Origin: Dehalococcoidia bacterium | GTDB lineage: Bacteria; Chloroflexota; Dehalococcoidia; UBA6926 | Reading direction: 5' to 3' | Assembly: GCA_965207895.1 (NCBI GenBank) | Contig: CBDBNN010000003.1 | Coordinates: forward strand, 1,111,268-1,175,267 | DNA: 64,000 bases | Translations under genes and position numbers: made by a program | Shown: piece by piece, positions 22,991 through 32,639 of the stretch | Position numbering within the stretch: the first letter of the stretch is position 1 | Layout: every line of letters begins with the position of its first letter | Notes under the pieces: generated by a model | What the model saw: the letters and a program-made list of their open reading frames with translations, nothing else | The model's database searches: none | What the model was told of the DNA's origin: nothing

Positions 22991-24268
22991 ATGAAAGTCG
23001 TTCATTATCTGAACCAGTTCTTTGGCGGACTGGGCGGCGAGGAGCACGCAGGTGTCGGACCGGAGGTTCGCGCTGAGGCCGTGGGCCCCGGGCGTCTTTT
23101 GGAGCAGGTGCTGGGTGACGACTCCACCGTCGTCAAGACGATCATCTGCGGCGACAACTATGCCGCCGAGAACCTCGAAAGTGTCATGGAGCTAGTCGTC
23201 AATGAAGTGCGGGACTCGGGCGCTGAACTGTTCGTGGCGGGGCCGTGCTTCGTGGCCGGGCGTTATGGCGTCGCGGCGGGCGCACTGTGCGCGGCAGTGC
23301 AGGCGGAGTTGGGCATTCCCGTCGTGACCGGTATGGGAGTAGAGAACCCGGGCGTTGACCTGTATCGGCAGGAGCTGTACATCGTCGATTCCGGCGAGAA
23401 CGTCGCTGAGATGCGAGACGTGCTGACGAGGATGGCCGCCATCGCAAAGGTGACGGCCTCCGGCGAAGACGTGGGCCGGCCGGCCGAGTGGGGTTATATT
23501 CCGCGTGGCATCATGCGGGACGAGATTGTGGAGGAGACGGCGGCGGTGCGTTTGGCGAATATGATTGTCGCCAAGACGCAGGGACAGCCGTACGAGACGG
23601 AGTTGACGCAGACTGGGTTCGAGCCGATTCCTGCGCCGCCCGCTGTTCCTGATCTGAGCAACGCAACGGTCGCCATCGTGACAGACGGCGGACTTGTTCC
23701 GGCAGGGAACCCTGACAATATGCCCGCCATCGCCTCAACGATCTGGGGATCGTATGACATTGCGACCGTCGACAATCTTGAGGCCGAGGATTATGAGGTT
23801 TATCACCGCGGGTATGACAACCGCCACGTGCTGAACGACCCGGACCGGCTGGTGCCGGTTGATGTTCTCAAGGAACTTGAGAAGGCTGGTGAGGTTGGCA
23901 AGGTCTATGAACAGTTCCTGTCCATGACCGGCCTCGCCAACCCGATTGCGAACAGTCGGCGAATCGGTCAGGAAATTGCGGAGAATCTCAAGAACGCCGG
24001 AGTTGACGCAGTGATCCTGACGTCAACTTGAGGGACGAGCACTCGCAGCGGCGCTGCGATCGCGACGGAACTTGAGAAGGCAGGCATTCCCGTGGCGCAG
24101 GTGACGGCGGTGACGCCGGTGGCAAAGATGGTCGGCTCCAACCGCGTTATTCAAGGCAAGGGCATTGTGTATCCGCTGGGCGATGCCGAGCTTGATGCCG
24201 AGGAAGAGAAGGACCTGCGGCGCTCAATCGTGCGGCAGGCGTTAGAGGCGCTCAAGACGGAGGTGTAG
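22991..24268 (+). CDS. grdB: Glycine/betaine/sarcosine reductase selenoprotein B (Sec TGA at 24029-24031)
   Basis: HYLNQFFGG, CGDNY, AGPCF.AGRYG; ORF continues in frame after VILTST-TGA as GTSTRSGAAIATELEKAGIPV...EV, stop at 24268; SECIS-like hairpin 24043-24059. Confidence 0.9.
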
Positions 24269-24325
24269 GGTTTCCCCCGACAAACTCAGGATGAGCGGCC
24301 TCGAAGGCGCCGGTGGGCAGGGATG

Positions 24326-24688
24326 CTACTTAAGGCGGACCGCAGGAAGACGCTTTAGTCGCTGACTCACAGGGTCGACTTCTATACCGACTGACTCAAG
24401 GGCTGTGACGCCGAGTAGAGGCTCTACGCCGGGCTCTCCGTAGATGATCGTTCCGTGCACCAACTCCCCCATGAACTCGATTCGGGCACCGGTAATGTCC
24501 AATGAAAGCTCGCTGCCGTCTGCTAATTCATAAATCCGTTTGCCCTCTGGCTCCACCCCTATGGCTTCAAGGTGCTGGCGGGGGACAAGGGAATCGGTCG
24601 CGCCGGTATCGACCAGGAACAGGCCCTCCCAGTACTTCTCAGGATCAGCGGGGTTGGTGATTCTTACGGTGACGTGCGTTGCGCCCAT
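24326..24688 (-). CDS. Clan AA aspartic protease (retropepsin-like)
   Basis: LVDTGA and LLGVTALE motifs. Confidence 0.85.
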   Translation of the reverse strand: MGATHVTVRITNPADPEKYWEGLFLVDTGATDSLVPRQHLEAIGVEPEGKRIYELADGSELSLDITGARIEFMGELVHGTIIYGEPGVEPLLGVTALESVGIEVDPVSQRLKRLPAVRLK

Positions 24689-24798
24689 GTTCGTTGCCTT
24701 TCCGGGTGCTTTCCAGAGTTTGGAAATGTTGCTAACTGTCTTACATGATACGCGCAATACGATTGACTTCGACGGGGTAAGCGGTGTTGCCCGCCCCT

Positions 24799-25551
24799 CT
24801 AGAGCGGCGGCAGTTTCCGGCCGGCCTCGCGTAAGGCTTTCCGCCTTTGCTGCGCATCCGGCATGGCGTCGGACACGTACTCCCAGTAATCCCGAGAATG
24901 GTTGTGGTGCGTCAGGTGCGCGAGTTCGTGGACGACGATGTACTCAATGAGTTCAGGCGCGAGCATCATGACGCGCCAGTTGAATCGGAGAGTGCCGTCT
25001 GCTGAGCAACTGCCCCAACGCTGCTTCTGATTCCGGATGAGGACCTTCGACAATTCGCCATGCCCCAGTTTGGGCCACCACCGTCTCACGAGTTCAAGGA
25101 GTTGTTGAGAAGCGCGATCCCGATACCACGTGGTTATGGCGGTGCGAATGGCGTCCGTTCGTTGCTCACCGTCGAGGCTGGCGGGAACCGAAACGTGGAA
25201 TCGCCCGTAGCTGAATCGGACAGTCGTTTCCGAATCATGGGAGAGAGCGACGGCAAGGGGCGTGTCCTGGCCGAGGTAGGGCAATGTTTCGCCGCTGACG
25301 AATCGCTTTGGAACGGGTTTCCGTGCCTCGTCTGATAGTTGGCGCAGAATCCATGGGGTTCGGCTGCGGACGATGTCATCCAACTCACGGGCCGGGGTCC
25401 TGGTCGGCGCGGCAACAATCACTTCGCCGTTGACAACGCTGATCTGAACTGTCTTACGCCGCCGGCGGCTGCGGCGCACCGTGTAGTTGATGGCGGTTGG
25501 CAGGACTATTTTCGAGCTGACGATTCCCTCTGGGAGCTCTCCCACAGCCAC
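24799..25551 (-). CDS. YgjP/SprT-like zinc metallopeptidase (DUF45)
   Basis: RWGSCS, FNWR, YIVVHELAHL..NHS. Confidence 0.88.
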   Translation of the reverse strand: MAVGELPEGIVSSKIVLPTAINYTVRRSRRRRKTVQISVVNGEVIVAAPTRTPARELDDIVRSRTPWILRQLSDEARKPVPKRFVSGETLPYLGQDTPLAVALSHDSETTVRFSYGRFHVSVPASLDGEQRTDAIRTAITTWYRDRASQQLLELVRRWWPKLGHGELSKVLIRNQKQRWGSCSADGTLRFNWRVMMLAPELIEYIVVHELAHLTHHNHSRDYWEYVSDAMPDAQQRRKALREAGRKLPPL

Positions 25552-27494
25552 TCAACACCCTCGTTCTTCGTGATTTTGACGGCCGGCCGGCCTTTCAGGA
25601 TGTGGTTGACATACCTGACCGCATCATCAGCACACGAACTGCAATAGCCATAGGAATTGACCAGCCTCGACGTGATGTTCCTCCAACGCTGTGTCCAGTC
25701 GGCGCGCTGCCTGGAGAAGCGGGGGCGAGTCAGGTTCTTATTGAGAGCGTCCCGCGAGATGAGGAGTCGCTTTTCGATGGCTTCCTTGAGGCGAGGCTCG
25801 GAGTCGTATTCGAAGGGTTTGCCACTGTTCTCCCAGGCGGCCACTGCTGCGCTTATCTCACGTCGAAATGCTTCCTTACTTCGATCAGTAACCCCGTGGA
25901 CACGCTCTATTTGTCGCATGTCACGCTCTCTTTCGGCATCGGCGCGGGTGGGCCTATAGTCATCCCTGGCGATGTCCTCCAAATACTCACGGACATCAGC
26001 GAGGTAGCGGTTAAGCAGTTCCCTGGCCTTCGCTTCGAACCCATCCTCACTAGCCATCTGCACGTCCCGAATGGCCAAGTCGTCGTACACCTTGACGGCG
26101 TCAGTAACAAGCGCGACCTTTGTCGCGATATCGGCCTCGAAGCTGACGTTCTCGTCCAGGCCTTCCCAAAGGCTCCTCAGAGCGCCCAAAGGAGTGATGC
26201 ACTCGACGTTAGGCTCGCTTGCTGCCGCTCCTATGCGGTTCATCACATATCTGGGCGAGATTCCGGACATGCCCTCCATCGGATGTTGGCGCTTCATCTC
26301 ACGGGCATCTTGCCGAGAGAAGTTGGGCACAGGGTTACCATCGTAGAGGCGTAGTTTGTCCAGCATCGACATGCCGTGGCGATCAGGCGGATCCAATCGT
26401 GCCAATACGGCGAATGCACTTGCCACCTTGAGGGTTAACGGTGCAAGGCACGCACTCCCCATGAGGCTGGATTCCGTCATCTTTTCGTAAATCTTGACCT
26501 CTTCCGTCACCTTCAGGTTGTAGGGGATGTTCACCGCGATGATGCGATCCTTGAGGGCTTCGGAACTCCTGTCCCGGGAGAACTCCTCGAAGTCGCCCTG
26601 ATTGGAATGACCAACTATGGCCTCGTCGGCGTAGACAGAGCCGAACCGTTCCATCTTGATGGTCTGCTCCTGAGCCAGGCTCAGGAGTGTGGTCAACAGA
26701 TGCCTGTCAGCCTTGAACATCTCGACCATCTCAATCATGCCGCGGTTAGCGACGTTGAGCTCTCCGTCAAGCCTAAATGCCTTGCCGGCAACCTCAAGCC
26801 GATCACCCTCAAGTTGGTCGGTATTGACACTGCCAACAAGCAGAGAGTCTGAGGGGTTAGGGTTGTTGGCCATGAAATAGCCAATGCCAACCGCCCCTCG
26901 TTCTGAGAACGTCACGCGCTCTACAGGCACGTCCGCGTAGCGGCCCTGATATTTGGAATTGACGATGTAACGGCACCGCGGACAAAGGTCGCCCTCTATG
27001 TAGATGCCGCGTTCTTTACGGAGTTGAGGTCTGAGTTTCTCAGGTATCAGAAGTAAGGGGTTACACTGCATCGGACACCCCTTGATAGCGTAGACGATGC
27101 CCTCGTCGCTTCTGGAGTGAGCCTCCATGGCACGCTTGATGAGTTCAGTAACCGTGGACTTGCCGCTAGCCGGTGGGCCAAGGAGCAGTAAGATTCGTTT
27201 ACGTACTTCGAATCGCTGCGCAGAGGCGGCAAAGTACTGAACGATGCGATCCAGCGGCTCCTCCAGACCAAAGATTTCATCCTTAAAGAGATCGTAAACA
27301 CGGTCGCCGTCAGGCGTAACATCCGAGCCCTTGGCCACCATGGCTTCGTAGATGAAGGCATGCGAGAGTCGGTTCTTTGAAGGGTCTTCCAGGACGATGC
27401 GAAGGTAATCCTTGAAAGTTCCTTCCCAAGAGTACCTGGTTGCTTCGCTCTCGGCCTCAGAGATGATGGCCTCGACGGTAAGTTCACCTGACAT
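25506..27494 (-). CDS. PrkA/YeaG family AAA serine protein kinase
   Basis: GPPASGKS, GCPM, CPRC, GELNVANRG, EMFK, EGMSGISPRY. Confidence 0.88.
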   Translation of the reverse strand: MSGELTVEAIISEAESEATRYSWEGTFKDYLRIVLEDPSKNRLSHAFIYEAMVAKGSDVTPDGDRVYDLFKDEIFGLEEPLDRIVQYFAASAQRFEVRKRILLLLGPPASGKSTVTELIKRAMEAHSRSDEGIVYAIKGCPMQCNPLLLIPEKLRPQLRKERGIYIEGDLCPRCRYIVNSKYQGRYADVPVERVTFSERGAVGIGYFMANNPNPSDSLLVGSVNTDQLEGDRLEVAGKAFRLDGELNVANRGMIEMVEMFKADRHLLTTLLSLAQEQTIKMERFGSVYADEAIVGHSNQGDFEEFSRDRSSEALKDRIIAVNIPYNLKVTEEVKIYEKMTESSLMGSACLAPLTLKVASAFAVLARLDPPDRHGMSMLDKLRLYDGNPVPNFSRQDAREMKRQHPMEGMSGISPRYVMNRIGAAASEPNVECITPLGALRSLWEGLDENVSFEADIATKVALVTDAVKVYDDLAIRDVQMASEDGFEAKARELLNRYLADVREYLEDIARDDYRPTRADAERERDMRQIERVHGVTDRSKEAFRREISAAVAAWENSGKPFEYDSEPRLKEAIEKRLLISRDALNKNLTRPRFSRQRADWTQRWRNITSRLVNSYGYCSSCADDAVRYVNHILKGRPAVKITKNEGVEWLWESSQRESSARK

Positions 27495-27582
27495 AAATCC
27501 CTCACACTGCCATGAGATCGAAGTGCCCTGCCGACTGGCTTATGGCGTTCGCCAACGCGCCAGCCGGCAGGCCTGTTTCCGC

Positions 27583-28143
27583 TTAAGTGGCGACCGAGGT
27601 GAGCGCCCAGAGTCCCACAAGTCCGGTGACTGCACCGCCGAAGAGCAGGAACCATCCCGCAACCAGTCTCAGCACCTGGTATTCAAAGGCCATGTAGAAG
27701 AACACGAGACCGGAGATGACGGCGAGCAGGAAGGGCACGATCGACATGGAGAGCCAAATGTCCAGAGAGTGCTCGAACACCCCGCCGTCAGCCATTGAAA
27801 TTGCGAAAATCAGGAATACGGCAAAGGACGCTACGGACAGGAAGGCGCTATAGAAGCCGATGGCTCTCGTGTCGAGATCCCAAATGCCGTGACTTCCTAC
27901 TGCCACAGCGTAGATAGCCCAGAGGACTATGAGTGCAGTTAGTGCGGTCAGCAACTCAGTCGAGCCTTCGCCGGAAATCAGCGTCGGCGTTATGGTTGTG
28001 CTGAACATGAAGGTTCCGAGAGCTAACAGACCAAGGACTGCAATGAGCACGCCAGTGGTTCGCCCTTCGGAATACAAGCCGAGTACATACCAAGATTGTG
28101 AAAAGAGCGCTGCTCCTATCAACAAGAAAAAGATGCCTTCCAT
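27583..28143 (-). CDS. Multi-pass membrane protein, AmiS/UreI channel-like
   Basis: About 6 TM segments; LDTRAIGFYSAFLS resembles the AmiS/UreI DGRGLGWY motif. Confidence 0.5.
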   Translation of the reverse strand: MEGIFFLLIGAALFSQSWYVLGLYSEGRTTGVLIAVLGLLALGTFMFSTTITPTLISGEGSTELLTALTALIVLWAIYAVAVGSHGIWDLDTRAIGFYSAFLSVASFAVFLIFAISMADGGVFEHSLDIWLSMSIVPFLLAVISGLVFFYMAFEYQVLRLVAGWFLLFGGAVTGLVGLWALTSVAT

Positions 28144-28350
28144 GCCTTCCAGTCCTCCTTCAGCTTCACTGTGGTAAGGGTCGATCCCATCTGTGCCACG
28201 TTGCGACATCTGAAACTGACAAAGTCAGCCAACAAAATCCTACACAATCTTGTCGTATAAATCCAATTGCGAAGATTGGGCATCTGCTGAATACCACGCT
28301 ATAGTGATGGCTGAACGCAGCCGCAAAAATCTTGATTTTGTCGAGTCTCG

Positions 28351-28422
28351 TGGGCGATACAGGAATCGGAACTGTGATCTCTTCCGTGTGAAGGAAGCGC
28401 TCTAAACAGCCGGTCAGCGCCT
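28351..28422 (-). pseudogene. Degenerate tRNA-Val(CAC) / integration-site remnant
   Basis: Reverse complement ...TTTAGAGCG-CTTCC-TTCACAC-GGAAG-AGATC-ACAGTTCCGATTCCTGT-ATCGCCCA: anticodon arm and 3' acceptor strand intact, T-loop and 5' acceptor strand degraded. Confidence 0.7.
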
Positions 28423-28506
28423 CGTGCGCCATGCCCTTCCATGCATAAAATCGTAGAATCGTTAGGAAGACACTTTCACGACAACTCATCATTGGACAAG
28501 AAGTAC

Positions 28507-31500
28507 ATGAAGATTAGCCTGGATTCAAAGTTCGCTCTCATCTATGTGATATTGACCATCGTGGCGCTTCTCGCGCTCGCGGCCTGCAATAACAGGGATG
28601 AGCCCACCCCCACGCCGGAACTCACAGCAACCGCGGCTCCAGTCGCTACGGTCACTGCGGTTACGCAGCCTACGGCTACCCCTGTGCCAACTGCGACGCT
28701 ATCCCCGACGAGCGAACCCGCGGCGACTGTTTATCCGGTTCCTACTCCCAGTTCAACTCCCGCGCCGGAGCCCGATGTTCCGCTGGCATTCGACCCAAAT
28801 GTGATCCGGGGCACCCTCTCCAACGGCCTAAGCTACTATATTCGCCACAATGAGGAGCCGCAGGGCAGGGCGCAGATTTCCCTTGCCGTTAAGGCCGGCT
28901 CCGTCCTTGAGGCGGACGACCAGCAGGGCTTGGCCCATTTCGTGGAACACATGGCCTTCAACGGTACCGAGCGCTTCGCCAAGCAGGAGATTGTCGAATA
29001 TCTTGAGTCCATCGGAAGCACGTTCGGCCACGATCTGAACGCCCGCACCGGCTTCGACGACACCCTGTATTTCCTTGAGATTCCAACCGACAGCCCTGAA
29101 ATCACTGAGACTGCTTTCCAGATCCTCAGTGACTGGGCCTTCTCGATATCCTTCGATCCGGAAGAGGTGGATCTTGAGCGCGGCGTTGTCCTGGAGGAAT
29201 GGCGCCTCTCCCAGGGATTCGATTCTCGCCTCCAGAAGAAACTACTCAACCTCCTTTTCGGCGACTCGCTCTACGCCAGCCGCGCCCCCATCGGCCTTAC
29301 CGGGATTATCGACAACGCCACGGCGGAGAGCCTTCGTGCCTACTACGAGCGGTGGTACAGGCCCGACCTGATGGCCGTTGTCGCCGTGGGCGACTTTGAC
29401 GTGGAAGTCATCGAAGCCAAGATCAAGCAGCACTTCGCACCACCACCGGAAGGCGAGGCCACGCAAGAGCGCGCTGCCGGTGGAGATGCCACCAGCAGGC
29501 CGCTCGTCGATGTTCCGGGCCACGAGACCCCGCTCATCGAGGTGTTCACAGACCCCGAGTCGCCCGCCACCCAGTTCGTACTTATCCGTAAGCTCCACCC
29601 CGAAAAGGGACAGGACTTGGCTGCGTTCCGACGCCAGGTTGTAGAGAATCTCGGGTTCATGATGCTGAACGCGCGGCTCTTTGAGCGCGGGCAAACCGCC
29701 GAACCGCCGTACATCACTGCCAGCGCCGGACGTTCTCCTTACGTGTATACGCTGGACATCGCCACGTTCTCGGCCTGGGTCGAGACGGATGGCGTTGAGG
29801 TGGGCCTCGACGCCATGCTCGAAGAGATTCAGCGCGCCCACCAGCACGGCTTCACCGCCGGCGAGCTGGAGCGCGAGAAAAGCAATCTGCTCAGCGCGGT
29901 TGAGAGCCAGTACAAGGAGCGTGACCAGGCGCCATCGGCCGCACTCTCAAACGGCTACACCAATCACTTCTTCACAGGGTCGCCGGTTCCCGGCATCGAG
30001 GCCGAGTGGCAGATCTACCAGGAGCTGCTGCCTCAAATCTCACTGGAGGAATTTGCAGGCGTGACGGAGTCCTGGGCACAGACCGAAGACCTCGCCCTCC
30101 TGGTAGTGCGTCCCGAAGAAACCGATGTTGCCGGCTCCGATGTCGACCTCAGCTCGACGTTGCTGACACAGCTCCGGACGGCCAATGCCCTGACAGTGGA
30201 GCCTTACGCTGACGACCTCGGCGACATCACCTTGCTGGCCAATCTGCCGGAGCCGGGAACCATCACCGCCGAAGAGCGGATCGAATCCATCGATGCCGTG
30301 AAGTGGACGCTGTCCAACGGCATCACAGTGATCGCCAAGCAAACCGACTTCCGCGACGACGAGGTGTTGTTCAGAGCCTTCAGCCCCGGTGGGCACTCGC
30401 TCGTCACGGATGAGGAACACCAGTCTGCTCTTTACGCCGCCACGCTCATCGTCGGCAGCGGCGTGGGCCCGCACGACAAGGTTACCCTGGACAAACTGCT
30501 GGCCGGCAAGAGGGTTGAGGTGACCCCATACATCGAAGAACTGTTCGAGGGGTTCAGTGGCAGTGCCTCTCCTGAGGACTTGGAGACACTGTTCCAGCTC
30601 ATTACGCTGTACGCTACCGAGCACCGGCTTGACCCGGATTTCTTCACCCGGTACGAGACGAGACTGCATAGCGTTGCCGAGTTCCGCGCCGCTGACCCCG
30701 ACTCAGTCTACTTCGACCACGTGAATAGGGTTCTCAGCCAGGGACATCACCGCGGGCGGCCCCTCTCTGTTGAGGTGCTGAAGGAGTTGGATCTGGAGGC
30801 TGCGGAGTCCGTCTATTCCGACCGTTTTGCGGACCTGGGCGACGCGACGTTTGTCTTCGTTGGCGCCTTCGATTGGGACATGCTGCGGTCATTGACAGAG
30901 AACTATCTGGCCGCCCTGCCGTCCAGCGGGCGTGTTGAGGAATGGCGAGATGTCGGACTCGACCCGCCTACGGGTGTGGTAGACGAAGTAGTCCGCAGCG
31001 GCGTGGAGCCGCGTAGCAGGACGATTCTGCTGTACACCGGCGACATGGACTGGAGTCGCCAGGAGGCTCTCACAATTGATGTGGCCGGCGAGATTCTCGG
31101 TATCCGTCTGCGCGAGCGAGTGCGCGAGGCACTCGGCGGCACCTATAGCATCGGCGTCGACACAAGTGGCACTGAAGCGCTGCCGGACCCCGAGTACCAG
31201 GTCTACGTCCTCTTCGGCAGCGACCCTGATCGCGTTGAAGAACTCAGTGGCGAGGTGTTTGCCCAGATTGACTGGCTGCAGATGGGCGGCGAGCAGAAGT
31301 ACCTCGATACTGTCAAGGAACTGTTCAGGACGAACCGCCAGGAGCAGCTACGGGAGAACGGATTCTGGCTGAACGAGATCCGGATGACTGCACAGCGTCG
31401 AGAGTCTTTCGATGACATTGTCGCCTATGACGACTGGCTGGAGGCGCTGACACTTGAGCAGGTTGCCGCCACAGCGGAGCGCTACCTCATTGATTCCCGC

Positions 31501-31536
31501 TACGTACGCGTCGTCCTTCTCCCCGAAGAGGAATAG
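28507..31536 (+). CDS. M16 family zinc protease (PqqL-like) lipoprotein with Pro/Thr linker
   Basis: LAAC lipobox, PT-rich linker, GLAHFVEHMAFNGT, LNART. Confidence 0.92.
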   Translation: MKISLDSKFALIYVILTIVALLALAACNNRDEPTPTPELTATAAPVATVTAVTQPTATPVPTATLSPTSEPAATVYPVPTPSSTPAPEPDVPLAFDPNVIRGTLSNGLSYYIRHNEEPQGRAQISLAVKAGSVLEADDQQGLAHFVEHMAFNGTERFAKQEIVEYLESIGSTFGHDLNARTGFDDTLYFLEIPTDSPEITETAFQILSDWAFSISFDPEEVDLERGVVLEEWRLSQGFDSRLQKKLLNLLFGDSLYASRAPIGLTGIIDNATAESLRAYYERWYRPDLMAVVAVGDFDVEVIEAKIKQHFAPPPEGEATQERAAGGDATSRPLVDVPGHETPLIEVFTDPESPATQFVLIRKLHPEKGQDLAAFRRQVVENLGFMMLNARLFERGQTAEPPYITASAGRSPYVYTLDIATFSAWVETDGVEVGLDAMLEEIQRAHQHGFTAGELEREKSNLLSAVESQYKERDQAPSAALSNGYTNHFFTGSPVPGIEAEWQIYQELLPQISLEEFAGVTESWAQTEDLALLVVRPEETDVAGSDVDLSSTLLTQLRTANALTVEPYADDLGDITLLANLPEPGTITAEERIESIDAVKWTLSNGITVIAKQTDFRDDEVLFRAFSPGGHSLVTDEEHQSALYAATLIVGSGVGPHDKVTLDKLLAGKRVEVTPYIEELFEGFSGSASPEDLETLFQLITLYATEHRLDPDFFTRYETRLHSVAEFRAADPDSVYFDHVNRVLSQGHHRGRPLSVEVLKELDLEAAESVYSDRFADLGDATFVFVGAFDWDMLRSLTENYLAALPSSGRVEEWRDVGLDPPTGVVDEVVRSGVEPRSRTILLYTGDMDWSRQEALTIDVAGEILGIRLRERVREALGGTYSIGVDTSGTEALPDPEYQVYVLFGSDPDRVEELSGEVFAQIDWLQMGGEQKYLDTVKELFRTNRQEQLRENGFWLNEIRMTAQRRESFDDIVAYDDWLEALTLEQVAATAERYLIDSRYVRVVLLPEEE

Positions 31537-31810
31537 TGCCCGTTAATCAGTTCCACAGGTGGCCCAGACGCCGGAGCGAGAGACTGTGGAGCCGGATGAA
31601 CGAACCTCAGAGCTGCCACATGGCCGCTGATAGCAGGAGCGACGAGGACTATCCGTGACGATTGTGCCGGTCTACATCTTGAGGAGAAGGCGCAGACCTG
31701 AACGATGCGCTTTTGAACTTATCTTCTTTCACAGGTGTTCAGGCTGACGAGCATCCGTGCTTATCACAGAGTGGGCAGGGGGCTTCAGCAGTAGATCTAT
31801 TGCAAGAAAC

Positions 31811-31841
31811 GGTATGGGCGATACAGGTCGATACTGCGAAC
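31811..31841 (+). other. att-like half-site 1 (GG-N13-ATACTGCGAAC)
   Basis: GGTATGGGCGATACAGGTCGATACTGCGAAC; shares TGGGCGATACAGG with the tRNA-Val remnant at 28351. Confidence 0.65.
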
Positions 31842-32026
31842 CACCTCTAGGTTCGTGAAGGAATGATGGAACCTGGAACCGGGTAGGGGGACCCGTCCGG
31901 ACACTATGAACGAGGCTTCAGCACCGCCGTACACTTAGCCCGGATGAGCAATCCCCTATGTTTCCGACCGAACCTGCAATAAAAGATTTCCCGGTTGGAT
32001 TCGACTACGCAATGAGTTTTGTCTGT

Positions 32027-32515
32027 TCAGCTTCGGTCGGCAAGCCTGCCGTCGAGAATCAAAAGCCCGGCCTTGTCATCACCGATAAGGGTGAGATCGT
32101 CGATGATGTCCTGAGCGGCCTTTTCCTCTTCCACTTGCTCTTCAACAAACCACTCAAGGAAGACGTGTGAGGGGTAGTCAGAGTGCTGCTGGGCAGTTCG
32201 GTACAGGTTCTCAATCATTCCGGTGACCTTGCGCTCATGCTCAAGTGACGCCTTCATCGCGCCAAGGCAGGAACCGAAATCCTTGGGCGGCTCCGCAAGC
32301 GACTGCAGGGTCACACGGCCGTCACGGTCATTGATGAAGTCGAAAAACTTCATCGCATGGGTGGACTCCTCCTTTGACTGGAGCACCATCCAATGAGCGA
32401 AACCGCGCAGATTCTCTGCTTCAAAGTAGGCGGCCATGGCGAGGTAGAGGTGCGACGCGTACAACTCCGCATTTAACTGCTCATTGAGGACTTTTTCCAT
32501 CTCCGGATGAATCAT
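32027..32515 (-). CDS. ftnA: Non-heme ferritin
   Basis: LNEQLNAELYAS..YL, EESTHAMKF, LEHE, WFVEEQVEEE. Confidence 0.92.
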   Translation of the reverse strand: MIHPEMEKVLNEQLNAELYASHLYLAMAAYFEAENLRGFAHWMVLQSKEESTHAMKFFDFINDRDGRVTLQSLAEPPKDFGSCLGAMKASLEHERKVTGMIENLYRTAQQHSDYPSHVFLEWFVEEQVEEEKAAQDIIDDLTLIGDDKAGLLILDGRLADRS

Positions 32516-32639
32516 TTCCGCCTCCCGATCACGCGATTCAACTGTATACATCTCTTATATGAGACTAATTGAATTATACAGAGTTTTTACAAGAATCTAT
32601 ACTTATTTGATGAAATGTTATTCAAGCTCACTTAACACT

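Noticed and set aside
19874-24031. grdA and grdB as nonsense pseudogenes or split genes
   Set aside because: The TGA codons sit at the known Sec positions, the frames continue with conserved sequence, and hairpins follow.
28351-28422. Functional tRNA-Val
   Set aside because: The T-loop lacks GTTCG and the 5' acceptor strand cannot pair fully with ATCGCCC.
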